NCBI RefSeq assembly: GCF_028641065.1
Contig: NC_073396.1
Location: 16,306,001-16,370,000, forward strand
DNA: 64,000 bases
From: Leucoraja erinacea
Lineage: Eukaryota
Direction of reading: 5' to 3'
The translations under genes and the position numbers were made by a program. The notes below the pieces were generated by a model, which did not search any database, had not been told where the DNA came from, and saw nothing but the letters and a program-made list of their open reading frames with translations. Positions 63,860-64,000 of the stretch are shown piece by piece (position 1 is the first letter of the stretch; each line of letters opens with the position of its first letter).

Positions 63860-64000
63860 AGTAGCAATGTTACAAAATTTTGAGATTTAAAAAATCAAGT
63901 CTGCAATTTATCCCATCAGATAAAGCATAACAATAAGTTTAATTTGACACCAAATTCACTTTCATATCTCAAGTATTAAAAAAGTTATGACCATTTTCAT
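63860..64000. repeat. Probable start of an interspersed repeat, cut by the window end
   Basis: TAGTAGCAATGTTACAAAATTTTGAG.. after a TATA run; I recall it as a repeated sequence, but this cannot be verified within the window. Confidence 0.3.

Overview
AT-rich, repeat-dominated vertebrate genomic DNA. The repeat families point to a cartilaginous fish, probably a skate or ray: HE1-like tRNA/V-SINEs with CR1 tails, many CR1, Rex1/Babar, L2 and RTE LINEs, and Deu-domain SINE relics. This identity is an inference from family recognition. I could not recognise any host protein-coding exon, so the window is probably intronic or intergenic, and every ORF I could assign derives from a transposon. Main contents: a TA-flanked IR/DR-type Tc1 element split by a tailless Rex1 insertion that creates an in-frame chimeric ORF; four PIF/Harbinger-type MITEs sharing a terminal inverted repeat (TIR); a Penelope (GIY-YIG) fragment with a 12-bp target-site duplication (TSD) nested in a CR1; and a young 5'-truncated L2. 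The most interesting signal is roughly 20 dispersed copies of the Penelope terminal repeat (pLTR), many carrying a minimal hammerhead-ribozyme-like core (CTGAAGA-A-GGGT[4-nt loop]ACCC-GAAAC-GTH). The stem II arms of this core are conserved while its loop varies, and several copies occur as hairpin/tandem units with their own TSDs. A second structural signal is two SINE-like elements that share a covarying core hairpin but end in different LINE-type tails. Boundaries of old, degenerate repeats are approximate.
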